From Parcubacteria group bacterium (GTDB lineage Bacteria > Patescibacteriota > Minisyncoccia > Moranbacterales > UBA2206): a stretch of DNA of 64,000 nt. The notes under the pieces are model-generated. The model made no database searches. It saw only the letters and a program-made list of their open reading frames with translations, and was not told the origin of the DNA. Position 1 is the stretch's first letter. Each line of letters begins with the position of its first letter. Positions 56,590 through 64,000 of the stretch are shown here, piece after piece. The stretch is from contig JBAYWF010000001.1 in NCBI GenBank assembly GCA_041674205.1, forward strand, positions 149,003 through 213,002. Direction: 5' to 3'. Position numbers and translations under genes: made by a program.

Positions 56590-56894
56590 TCCCCGGTTCC
56601 GTGGTAGAGTGTGTATGGCAAGCACCGCGATCCGCTACGCGTAGCGGTCCAGCTGGCTGGCGTTCTCCCATCAAGATGGGTTTCTCGAGGAATGTTGGTG
56701 TGTCCATAGGGCCGAAAAAATCCAACGGATTTCCTTGAGGCGGTTAGGACGCCTAATGCACGGTCACCGACGTTATGCCCGGCGTCTTTTGGCCCCGGCA
56801 CAATATGGGCTTATTGAGGATCGGGTGGATATCGTCCGCCTTCCAACCGGAAGCAGCCTTAATGCTCTTCCCGGTTCCGATCCTCAATTTTTTT
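56590..56894 (+). ncRNA. candidate structured non-coding RNA of unknown class (~300 nt), ending in a long terminator-like hairpin
   Basis: A 500-nt region with no credible ORF. It contains many short GC hairpins (ccgctacg/cgtagcgg, aaatcc/ggattt, gacg/cgtc, cttcc/ggaag) and a 9-bp closing stem gaggatcgg/ccgatcctc plus T-tract at 56815-56894. Its strings resemble RNase P CR-I/CR-V and SRP domain IV but do not satisfy either consensus. Confidence 0.25.
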
Positions 56895-56895
56895 A

Positions 56896-56924
56896 TTGAC
56901 AAATCCCGCCCGGAGGAGTATGAT
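56896..56924 (+). promoter_or_regulatory. near-consensus sigma-70 promoter (TTGACA-17-TATGAT)
   Basis: TTGACA at 56896-56901 and TATGAT at 56919-56924. Confidence 0.5.
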
Positions 56925-56947
56925 TTCCGAAGTGGATTAACTCGTTT

Positions 56948-56970
56948 CTGCTGGCTAACGGCAGTTTTTT
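56948..56970 (+). terminator. hairpin plus T-tract about 25 nt downstream of the promoter (attenuator or about 40-nt sRNA 3' end)
   Basis: ctgctg-gctaa-cggcag followed by tttttt. Confidence 0.4.
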
Positions 56971-57066
56971 AATTCCTACGGAAGTACAAATTATTACAAA
57001 AGTACGAAAAATTTTGTAAATTCGTGTTTTTGTAAATATTTGTAATTTTGTAGATACATAAATTTT

Positions 57067-58851
57067 ATGGAAATCAGAAATATCGCGATTATCGCCCATG
57101 TGGATCATGGCAAAACTACCCTGACTGACGCGATTTTGCGCCAGACCGGGATGGTGACCGACGAGTCCGTCAGTATGGACTCCAATACGTTGGAAAAAGA
57201 GCGTGGCATCACGATTTATGCCAAGAACACCTCGATTTTTTATAAGGATACGAAAATCAATATCGTGGATACGCCGGGCCATGCCGACTTCGGTTCGGAA
57301 GTGGAACGGGTTTTGCGTTCGATCGACTCGGTGGTTTTGGTGGTGGACGCGCAGGAAGGGCCGATGCCGCAAACCCGGTTCGTCTTGAAAAAATCTTTGG
57401 AATTGGGACTGAAACCGATCGTGGTCATCAACAAAATCGACAAGCCGGCTGCCCAGCCGGATATCGTGCAAGAAGAAGTATTTGAATTGTTTTTGGATTT
57501 GGGAGCTAATGATGAACAATTGGATTTCCCAGTGGTCTATGCGATCGGCCGCGAAGGCATCGCTAAATTGCATATGGAGGATGAGGGGCATGATTTGACC
57601 CCGCTTTTGGAAACCATCATCGCTAAAGTAAAGCACGCCGATGGCGACGTGGCCGCTCCGCTCCGGATGCAAGCTTTCAATCTGGGTTATGACAATTTCC
57701 TGGGCCGGATGGCGGTGGGCCGCATCTATGAGGGGACCTTGAAAGACGGGCAAGCCGTGATAGCCAAAAAGCCGACTGGTGAAACCAGGACCGGCCGGAT
57801 CACTAAGCTTTATACTTTCCATGGCACCGTGCGTAAAGAAGTGAAAGAAGCCGTGGCTGGCGACATCGTGATGATCGCGGGCTTGGCGGATATTTTTATC
57901 GGTGAGACGATTTGTGAAAATCCCGAGCAGGAAGCTTTGCCGGCTATCCACATCGACGAGCCGACCATTTCCCTGAACTTCATCGTCAATGATTCGCCGT
58001 TCGCCGGACGGGAAGGAAAATTCGTGACCAACAAGCAGATCCGTGAAAGGTTGGAAAAGGAATTGGAAATCAACGTCGGACTCCATATTGATTTTGAAGG
58101 CGATCACTATAAAGTCTACGGCCGTGGTGAATTGCATATCGCGATTTTGCTGGAAAATATGCGCCGCGAAGGTTATGAATTGCAAGTGTCGCAACCGCAA
58201 GTCATCATCAAGGAAATTGAGGGCGTGAAGTCCGAGCCGTTCGAGGAAGTGACGATCGACGTGCCGGATGTTTCGGCCGGAACGATTATCGAGAAGATGG
58301 GTCGGCGGAAATCGATTATGACCAATATGAAACAAGCCAACGGGCAAAGCCGTTTGATATTCGAAGGTCCGACCCGCGGACTTCTGGGGTATCGCGGCGA
58401 GTTCGTGATCGACACCAAGGGCGAAGGCATTATGTCTTCCCGGGTGATCGGTTTCCGGCCATACGCCGGGGAAATCCAAAGAAGATCGGCTGGGGCGATG
58501 GTTTCGATGACCAGTGGCAAAGCCTTGGGATTCTCTTTGGCTAATTTACAAGACAGGGGCTCTTTATATATCGCTCCGGCTACGGAGGTCTATGAGGGAA
58601 TGGTTATCGGTGACACGTCCAAAGGCTTGGATATGGCGGTTAATCCGACCAAAGGCAAGCAATTGTCCAATATGCGTTCTTCGGGCGCGGATGAAGCCTT
58701 GCAGTTGGTGCCGCACCATGAGATTTCCATCGAAATAGGTTTGGAAATTATGGGTGCCGACGAATATCTGGAAATCACTCCGAAATCAGTCCGTCTTCGC
58801 AAGCAATATCTGACCGAAGTAGAAAGGCGGAGACACGAAAGAAAACAATAA
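57067..58851 (+). CDS. typA: translational GTPase TypA/BipA
   Basis: IAIIAHVDHGKTTL (G1), DTPGHADF (G3), NKIDK (G4) and an EF-G-like domain arrangement. 594 aa. Confidence 0.95.
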   Translation: MEIRNIAIIAHVDHGKTTLTDAILRQTGMVTDESVSMDSNTLEKERGITIYAKNTSIFYKDTKINIVDTPGHADFGSEVERVLRSIDSVVLVVDAQEGPMPQTRFVLKKSLELGLKPIVVINKIDKPAAQPDIVQEEVFELFLDLGANDEQLDFPVVYAIGREGIAKLHMEDEGHDLTPLLETIIAKVKHADGDVAAPLRMQAFNLGYDNFLGRMAVGRIYEGTLKDGQAVIAKKPTGETRTGRITKLYTFHGTVRKEVKEAVAGDIVMIAGLADIFIGETICENPEQEALPAIHIDEPTISLNFIVNDSPFAGREGKFVTNKQIRERLEKELEINVGLHIDFEGDHYKVYGRGELHIAILLENMRREGYELQVSQPQVIIKEIEGVKSEPFEEVTIDVPDVSAGTIIEKMGRRKSIMTNMKQANGQSRLIFEGPTRGLLGYRGEFVIDTKGEGIMSSRVIGFRPYAGEIQRRSAGAMVSMTSGKALGFSLANLQDRGSLYIAPATEVYEGMVIGDTSKGLDMAVNPTKGKQLSNMRSSGADEALQLVPHHEISIEIGLEIMGADEYLEITPKSVRLRKQYLTEVERRRHERKQ

Positions 58852-58865
58852 ACTTGATCAAAAAA

Positions 58866-58891
58866 ACTATCCGGCAGCGGATAGTTTTTTA
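58866..58891 (+). terminator. rho-independent terminator of typA
   Basis: ctatccg-gcag-cggatag followed by tttttt. Confidence 0.65.
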
Positions 58892-58935
58892 ATAGGGGTG
58901 TGCTATAATGCGAGAATAACAGTATCGAAATTACT

Positions 58936-59211
58936 ATGCAAAAATTCAAAGAAGAACTGCGCAATAAATCATTCGGCTATATCACGACCGCTTTCGGGCT
59001 GGTGGCCGGCTTGGCTTGGAACGAGGCGATCAAATCCGTAATCGACGGATTTTTTCCGGTGAGCGATGGCGGCGGGATGATCGCCAAATTTATCTATGCG
59101 ATTTTTATCACTATCGTGTTGGTTTTTATCAGCGTGTATATTTTGAAAACTAACGAAGATAATGAAAGAAAATCTTCCAAGGAGGTAGATGGTAAGAAAA
59201 CCAAGAAGTAG
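58936..59211 (+). CDS. hypothetical small membrane protein
   Basis: 91 aa with two TM helices and a Lys-rich C-terminus. Confidence 0.4.
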   Translation: MQKFKEELRNKSFGYITTAFGLVAGLAWNEAIKSVIDGFFPVSDGGGMIAKFIYAIFITIVLVFISVYILKTNEDNERKSSKEVDGKKTKK

Positions 59212-59232
59212 TCTTTAGAAGAATACCGTCGG

Positions 59233-59934
59233 TTAAAAATATTTTTTAACCGATTCGAATTCTTCCAATCGTTCCGGATGGCAGACGATTTCGATGGTGC
59301 CTTCCGGCAAGCGAGCCAGGGTTTCCTGGATGTTTTCCGGCCAATCCAAACTGAACATATGGTCGGAAGATTCCAAGCGGGAGGCGCGGAAAAGTCCCAG
59401 ATCCATTTTCCGCAACCAATACAGAATCAGATAGACCTTGCCGCGATGCCGGACAAGGCTTTTTTTGCCGAAGCGGATGAACGGAATGCCGTTTTCCTGG
59501 GCCAGGCGCGCGACGGCTTTGAAGTAGGTGGGAAAAAAATGGATATGGTGGTGGGAATTGATGCCGTCGGGATCGCGTCCGAAAAGGGAATGGAATTTTT
59601 CCAATTGATTCTCCCAGTGTAATTTTTTCGAACCGGCATCCAGGAGGCTTAGGAAATTTTTGGAGAAAAATACCAAGATCCGCAAAAGCACGCTTTCTTT
59701 TAATTTGCGAGTGGAAGAGGGGGAATGGGTGGAATCAAGATGGATGTCCAGTTTAACGCCGGATTTTTTGAGTCTTGTGATGTCATTCGGGCCGAAAGTG
59801 CCGTCAGCCATCACTGCCACGCGATCAAGTTTCCCGGTTTCGGCCAGCGTCAAAATGTTGTCGTTGGCTGCCGGGCTGATGCCGAAATCATCGGCGGAAA
59901 TAATCATTTTTTTGCGGTTTTTTGTCATTTCCAT
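59233..59934 (-). CDS. YdjC/ChbG-family carbohydrate deacetylase
   Basis: MIISADDFGISPAANDNI... (ADDFG motif) and a His-rich metal site (NSHHHIHFFP). Confidence 0.8.
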   Translation of the reverse strand: MEMTKNRKKMIISADDFGISPAANDNILTLAETGKLDRVAVMADGTFGPNDITRLKKSGVKLDIHLDSTHSPSSTRKLKESVLLRILVFFSKNFLSLLDAGSKKLHWENQLEKFHSLFGRDPDGINSHHHIHFFPTYFKAVARLAQENGIPFIRFGKKSLVRHRGKVYLILYWLRKMDLGLFRASRLESSDHMFSLDWPENIQETLARLPEGTIEIVCHPERLEEFESVKKYF

Positions 59935-60656
59935 CGATATATACCCCTTATGTCATTATGGCGTATTTCCAAAAGCGCGATAAACATATTGAGCGGGTCG
60001 AAAAATATCCGGATATGGGTCGTTCGGGGGTTTTGCAGAGTGATGGGCAGTTCTTTGATCGCGTAGCCGAGTTTTTTGGCGATGAAGATGATTTCCGCGT
60101 CGAAAGCGAAGCGGTTGACGGTGGCCCTGGAGAATATTTTTTGCGCGACGTCCCGGCGGAAAACTTTGAATCCGCATTGTGTGTCCTCGATTTTCCAACT
60201 GTTATGGATGATTTTGCGGAGCATCCGGAAAGCCCTTTCCATTATTTTCCGGTACCACAGGACCGGAGTAAGGACTTTGAGGCCTGGAACGAAACGCGAG
60301 GCGATCGCGATGTCGCATCCTTGGGATATGGCCATCGCGAATTTCTCCAGTTCCTCGATCGGAATCGCCAGATCGGCGTCCAAGAACATCACCAATCCGT
60401 AACGGCTGCGCATAATCCCGTCGCGCACCGCTTTGCCTTTGCCGGCATTGGTCGAATTGTCGATTATTTCTATGGAGAAATCCCGTCGCGCCCGTTTGAG
60501 TTCGTCCAGAGTGTCGTCCGTACTGCCGTCATTGACAGCGATTATTTCAAAAATCCGGAAAGAGTTTTTCAAGTAGGAGTTTATTTTTTCTATGTTCCGA
60601 TGGATGGTTTCACCCTCGTTGAAACAGGGGATGACTACCGATATTTGATCATACAT
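59925..60656 (-). CDS. family-2 glycosyltransferase (DPM1/GtrB-like short form)
   Basis: ISVVIPCFNEGETI, IIAVNDGSTDDT and MFLDADL motifs. Confidence 0.8.
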   Translation of the reverse strand: MYDQISVVIPCFNEGETIHRNIEKINSYLKNSFRIFEIIAVNDGSTDDTLDELKRARRDFSIEIIDNSTNAGKGKAVRDGIMRSRYGLVMFLDADLAIPIEELEKFAMAISQGCDIAIASRFVPGLKVLTPVLWYRKIMERAFRMLRKIIHNSWKIEDTQCGFKVFRRDVAQKIFSRATVNRFAFDAEIIFIAKKLGYAIKELPITLQNPRTTHIRIFFDPLNMFIALLEIRHNDIRGIYRWK

Positions 60657-60726
60657 ACTTGTTTATTTCGCTAAGATATAATAATATTATCAAATTACGG
60701 ATGTTATAACAATAAGTAGAATTTTT

Positions 60727-61311
60727 ATGGAAGTATTCAAGGAATTTTCCGGCAGCTTGGCGGAAATCATAAAAAACGGCGGAGTGGGCGTCTTGCCGAC
60801 GGACACTGTGTATGGCTTGGTGGCCTCAGCTTTGCAACCGGCAAGCGTTGAGAGGATATATCGCTTGCGAAAAAGAAATCCGGATAAGCCGATGATAATC
60901 TTGATCAGTTCATTGGAAGATTTGAAATTATTCGATATTAAGCTTGATGAGGAAAGTAAGAAAATACTCATGACTTTTTGGCCAGGCCAAGTGAGTGCTA
61001 TTTTGCCTTGTCCAAGCGAAAAATTTGTTTATTTGCATCGCGGACAAGACAGCCTGGCTTTCCGCTGGCCGGACAAAAAAGATTTACTGGAGCTATTGCG
61101 AAAAACCGGACCGCTAGTGGCGCCCAGCGCCAATCAAGAAGGGAAAGAGGCGGCCAAGACTATCGCGGAAGCCTGGAAATGTTTCGGTGAAAAGGCGGAT
61201 TTCTATGTGGATGGTGGCCTGCTGGATTCACCGCCCTCGACGCTGGTGGCGATTGAAAACGGCAAATTGGCAATCAAAAGAAAAGGCGCAGTTGACGGAG
61301 GGTTATTATAG
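60727..61311 (+). CDS. tsaC: L-threonylcarbamoyladenylate synthase (TsaC/YrdC/Sua5 family)
   Basis: GGVGVLPTDTVYGLVASAL, RIYRLRKRNPDKPMIILISS and LVAPSANQEGK regions typical of YrdC. Confidence 0.85.
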   Translation: MEVFKEFSGSLAEIIKNGGVGVLPTDTVYGLVASALQPASVERIYRLRKRNPDKPMIILISSLEDLKLFDIKLDEESKKILMTFWPGQVSAILPCPSEKFVYLHRGQDSLAFRWPDKKDLLELLRKTGPLVAPSANQEGKEAAKTIAEAWKCFGEKADFYVDGGLLDSPPSTLVAIENGKLAIKRKGAVDGGLL

Positions 61312-61348
61312 TGATATCATATCATCATAATAATTCCAATAAAAAAAT

Positions 61349-62191
61349 ATGCAAAATAAAAATACCCTTGCGATTTTTGAAGGACATAAAATCCGTCGGC
61401 AATATGATGAAAAAACGGAAACTTGGTATTTTTCAGTGATTGATATTGTGGCCGCACTATTAGATCAAGCTGATTACAACAGAGCAAAGAGTTATTGGAC
61501 AACCTTAAAAAATCGCTTGAAAGAGGAGGGAAGTGAAGTGGTCACAAGATGTGACCAGTTGAAAATGTTAGCTCAAGATGGAAAAATGCGAGAAACTGAT
61601 GTGGCTAATCCAGAAACGATATTACGTCTCATCCAATCCGTGCCAAGCAAAAAAGCGGAGCCAATCAAATTGTGGCTAGCTAAAGTCGGATATGAGCGGA
61701 TGCAAGAAATCGCCGATCCGGAAAGGGGTCTGAATCGTGCGCGGGAGAATTGGCAAAAACTCGGCCGAAGCAATGAATGGATCCAGCAACGTATGATGGG
61801 GCAAGAAATCCGAAACAAACTGACGGATTACTGGAGTGATAATGAGGTGAAAAAGGGAGAAGAGTTTGCCATTCTGACTAATATCATCCACGAAGAATGG
61901 ACGGACTTGTCGGTCAAAGAGCACAAAAATTTGAAAGGTCTGAAAGCGCAAAATTTGCGCGATCATATGACGGATGCGGAACTGGTTTTCACCGCCCTAG
62001 CGGAACTATCCACTAAACAAATCGCGGAAAGTTTGGAAGCGAAAGGCTTGATAGAAAACAAAGTCGCCGGCCGGAAAGGCGGCCGGGTTGCAAAAAACGC
62101 GCGGGTTGAGTTGGAAAAGAAAACCGGCCGGAAAATCGTGTCAGGCAGAAATTTTCTGGACGCAAAGTCGCAAAAGAGGCTGGGGAAATAA
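61349..62191 (+). CDS. DinD-like (DNA-damage-inducible protein D) protein with N-terminal Bro-N/KilA-N-like domain
   Basis: N-terminal LAIFEGHKIRRQYDEKTETWYFSVIDIVAAL matches the Bro-N pattern. The C-terminal region parallels E. coli DinD (FAILTNIIHEEW..., LKGLKAQNLRDHMTDAELVFTA..., KKTGRKIVSGRNFL). Confidence 0.6.
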   Translation: MQNKNTLAIFEGHKIRRQYDEKTETWYFSVIDIVAALLDQADYNRAKSYWTTLKNRLKEEGSEVVTRCDQLKMLAQDGKMRETDVANPETILRLIQSVPSKKAEPIKLWLAKVGYERMQEIADPERGLNRARENWQKLGRSNEWIQQRMMGQEIRNKLTDYWSDNEVKKGEEFAILTNIIHEEWTDLSVKEHKNLKGLKAQNLRDHMTDAELVFTALAELSTKQIAESLEAKGLIENKVAGRKGGRVAKNARVELEKKTGRKIVSGRNFLDAKSQKRLGK

Positions 62192-62316
62192 AAAGCTGCA
62201 TTCGTATGACAGAGTTCTTATAACATAATAAATAGCATGTCTTTTTATAATTAGCTATATATTGTTTCAACCCTGGTTTGAGCCTCGACAGAAATGTTTG
62301 AGGTTTTTTGAAATAT

Positions 62317-62344
62317 TTGACAGGAGGCCGATGTAGTATATGAT
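62317..62344 (+). promoter_or_regulatory. sigma-70 promoter (TTGACA-16-TATGAT) of the csoR operon
   Basis: TTGACA at 62317-62322 and TATGAT at 62339-62344. Confidence 0.5.
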
Positions 62345-62346
62345 GT

Positions 62347-62362
62347 TACCTAGGGGGGAGGT
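62347..62362 (+). promoter_or_regulatory. putative CsoR/RcnR-type operator (TACCT-A-GGGGGG-AGGT, a G-tract flanked by an inverted repeat)
   Basis: It lies immediately downstream of the -10. The form resembles type-1 RcnR/CsoR operators (TACT-G6-N-AGTA). Confidence 0.4.
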
Positions 62363-62423
62363 TGGGGCCTGAGGGCGAATTTTCAATTAAAGCGGAATAT
62401 TAATTTTAAATTTTAAAATAAAC

Positions 62424-62687
62424 ATGGAGGACAAAGAAATTTTGACGGCGCTCCGGAAGGCGCAAAGCCATCTGGGCAACGTGATCAAGATGGTGGAAAA
62501 CAAGGAATATTGCATCGATATTTTGCAGCAAAATCTGGCCGTGATCGGCCTTTTGAAGTCTGGCAATAACAAACTGATGGCAAGGCATCTCAACAGCTGT
62601 TTCGTCAACGCGATGAGGGGAACGAATGAAAAGAGGAAGCAAGAGATGATTGAGGAAATTTTGAAAATCAATTCATTATCTAAATAA
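62424..62687 (+). CDS. csoR: CsoR/RcnR/FrmR-family metal-sensing transcriptional repressor
   Basis: 87 aa. LRKAQSHLGNVIKMVENKEYCIDILQQ...ARHLNSC carries the family's W-X-Y-Z ligand positions (C...H...C). Confidence 0.8.
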   Translation: MEDKEILTALRKAQSHLGNVIKMVENKEYCIDILQQNLAVIGLLKSGNNKLMARHLNSCFVNAMRGTNEKRKQEMIEEILKINSLSK

Positions 62688-62825
62688 TTTTGTAATTTTT
62701 AATTTTATAAATACCTTGCCTGCCGGCAGGAATCTTAATTTTTAATGTTTAAAGCATTTAGGAATTAGAAAATTATTTAAAAATTAAAAATTGGAAATTA
62801 AAAATTTAAATTACGAAGCTTAATT

Positions 62826-64000
62826 ATGAAAACCAAAAAATTCCATATACGGGGTATGCACTGCGTCAGTTGTGAGAAACTGCTGGATGATGAATTCCGG
62901 CAAGTCGCGGGCGTCAAAGACGTGCGGGTCGACCGCCTGAAAAATACCGGGGAAGTGGATTATGAAAACCAAGAACCGGATTTCGCGGAAATCAAAAAAG
63001 TCGCTAAAAAATTCGGTTACGAGGCATCTGAATCCCAAGACGGTTTTGGGCGCTTAGATTCCAAGGAGGTTCCGAGTGCCTCCAAGTGGCTGGATTGGGC
63101 CAAGGCGATTTTGACGGTTATCGCGATTTTATTCCTGTTTCGAATTTTTCAAAATACGGGCTTGATTGATCGCATAAATTTGCAAAGTTCCAATGTGACT
63201 TTGGGATTAGCCTTGTTAATCGGACTAGTGGCTTCAGTTTCTTCTTGTTTGGCGGTCGTCGGAGCGGTGATTATCGCTTTCGGGGAAAAATATAGAAGTG
63301 AAGGCAAAGGTTTTTATAATAATGCCGTCAAACCAAATTTGCTTTTCCATGCCGGCCGGCTGGCGACATTTTTTATCCTGGGAGGATTATTGGGGCTTAT
63401 CGGAGGAGAGTTGAATATCAGCGGGAATTTCATTTCCATTTTTACGATCATAATCGCGATTGTGATGGGCTGGCTGGGGTTGAATATCTTAGGTCTTGTA
63501 CCGTCTATTTCCAATTTCGGAATCCGGATGCCCAAACGGCTGACAAAAAAATGGTCGGCGCTCAAAGGCTCGGAACATAAGGCGGCGCCGTTCCTGCTGG
63601 GCGGACTGAGTTTCTTTTTGCCCTGCGGTTTCACGCAAAGTATGCAGATTTTCGCTTTGACTTCCGGCAGTTTTTGGACCGGCGGGCTGACGCTGTTTAT
63701 TTTCGCTCTTGGCACGGTGCCATCTTTGATGGTTTTGGGAATCACGGCTTCGTGGACCAGAAACAACAAGATGGCGGTTTTTCAAAAAGTCGCCGGCATA
63801 TTGGTGGTAATGTTTGCAATTTTCACTTTGCAATCCGGCTTGGCGTTGCGGGGCGTGGGCGCGAACGTATTGAGCACGGACGATGTGAAAAAGACGGAAC
63901 AAAAAAACGTTCCCAGTCCATCTGCCATCGGATCACAAAGCGGCCAACAAATCGTGGAGATGCACGTCAATAGTTCCGGCTTTTCTCCAGCTACGCTGAA
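62826..64000 (+). CDS. HMA-domain (GMHCxxC) membrane protein with DsbD_2/CcdA-like transmembrane core, 3' partial; putative metal (Cu) handling partner of CsoR
   Basis: N-terminal HIRGMHCVSCEKL heavy-metal-associated motif. Six TM helices with TM Cys (SSCLAVVG, FLPCGF) as in the DsbD_2 family. There is no in-frame stop before the window edge. The tail QQIVEMHVNSSGFSPATL looks like the start of a cupredoxin-like domain. Confidence 0.65.
   Translation, partial: MKTKKFHIRGMHCVSCEKLLDDEFRQVAGVKDVRVDRLKNTGEVDYENQEPDFAEIKKVAKKFGYEASESQDGFGRLDSKEVPSASKWLDWAKAILTVIAILFLFRIFQNTGLIDRINLQSSNVTLGLALLIGLVASVSSCLAVVGAVIIAFGEKYRSEGKGFYNNAVKPNLLFHAGRLATFFILGGLLGLIGGELNISGNFISIFTIIIAIVMGWLGLNILGLVPSISNFGIRMPKRLTKKWSALKGSEHKAAPFLLGGLSFFLPCGFTQSMQIFALTSGSFWTGGLTLFIFALGTVPSLMVLGITASWTRNNKMAVFQKVAGILVVMFAIFTLQSGLALRGVGANVLSTDDVKKTEQKNVPSPSAIGSQSGQQIVEMHVNSSGFSPATL

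Noticed and set aside
56590-56894. Calling the ORF-free structured region RNase P RNA (rnpB) or SRP RNA
   Set aside because: The look-alike strings are in roughly the right order for RNase P. But the P4 strands are not complementary, the CR-II/CR-III block (GGUAAGAGCGCACC-like) is missing downstream of the CR-I-like string, and the length (about 300 nt) is short. The SRP-like CCGGAAGCAGCC lacks the GGAAG asymmetric-loop motif and a single long hairpin. Kept only as an unclassified ncRNA candidate.
59229-59253. Palindrome cggttaaaaa-ta-tttttaaccg as a standalone bidirectional terminator between convergent genes
   Set aside because: It overlaps the last codons of the minus-strand YdjC-like gene (…KKYF*). 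It may still act as a terminator, but it cannot be separated from coding sequence, so it is not listed as a feature.
1-64000. CRISPR arrays, rRNA and tRNA genes, IS elements or transposases
   Set aside because: No direct-repeat/spacer periodicity, no tRNA-like T-arm sequences in the few intergenic regions, no rRNA-like conserved stretches, and no transposase or integrase-like ORF were seen. The only repeats are the two regulatory-looking families reported above.

Overview
This 64-kb window from a bacterial chromosome is mostly + strand, moderate GC, uses the standard genetic code (TGA stops in use) and often has AGGAGG-type RBSs. It is dominated by cell-envelope glycan genes: at least nine GT2/GT4 glycosyltransferases, a WbaP-like priming transferase, a Wzx-like flippase, a GtrB/ArnC-like lipid-sugar synthase with a GT-C partner, an O-antigen-ligase-like protein with TPR repeats, and PAP2 and DedA lipid-carrier genes. 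The gene content and the many small secreted proteins suggest a reduced, surface-decorated organism, possibly CPR/Patescibacteria-like. That taxonomic guess is inference only.

The most notable locus is an operon of three paralogous TasA/camelysin-like secreted proteins, a fourth small substrate and an archaeal-type signal peptidase SipW (8261-13181). It is preceded by a ~135-nt structured leader element that is duplicated upstream of the first glycosylation operon (1479-1610 and 7993-8128).

Other loci of interest:
- a minus-strand cassette-like array (27969-32577) of three unrelated small genes separated by ~89% identical terminator-promoter-RBS modules, feeding into an 863-aa protein with a C-terminal GNAT-like domain
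- a hypothetical protein with beta-carbonic-anhydrase-type zinc-ligand motifs
- two standalone C39-like peptidase-domain proteins
- an ECF sigma factor next to a 1000-aa anchored alpha/beta-hydrolase protein
- a MacAB-type ABC exporter flanked by paralogous small secreted proteins
- a ~300-nt ORF-free structured region upstream of typA
- a CsoR-type metal repressor with an RcnR/CsoR-like G-tract operator and an HMA-DsbD-like membrane protein that runs off the 3' end

Housekeeping genes present are purC, cspA, typA, tsaC, an ABC-F ATPase, acylphosphatase, an M23 peptidase and a ZnuB-like permease (5' partial). I found no rRNA, tRNA or CRISPR array.
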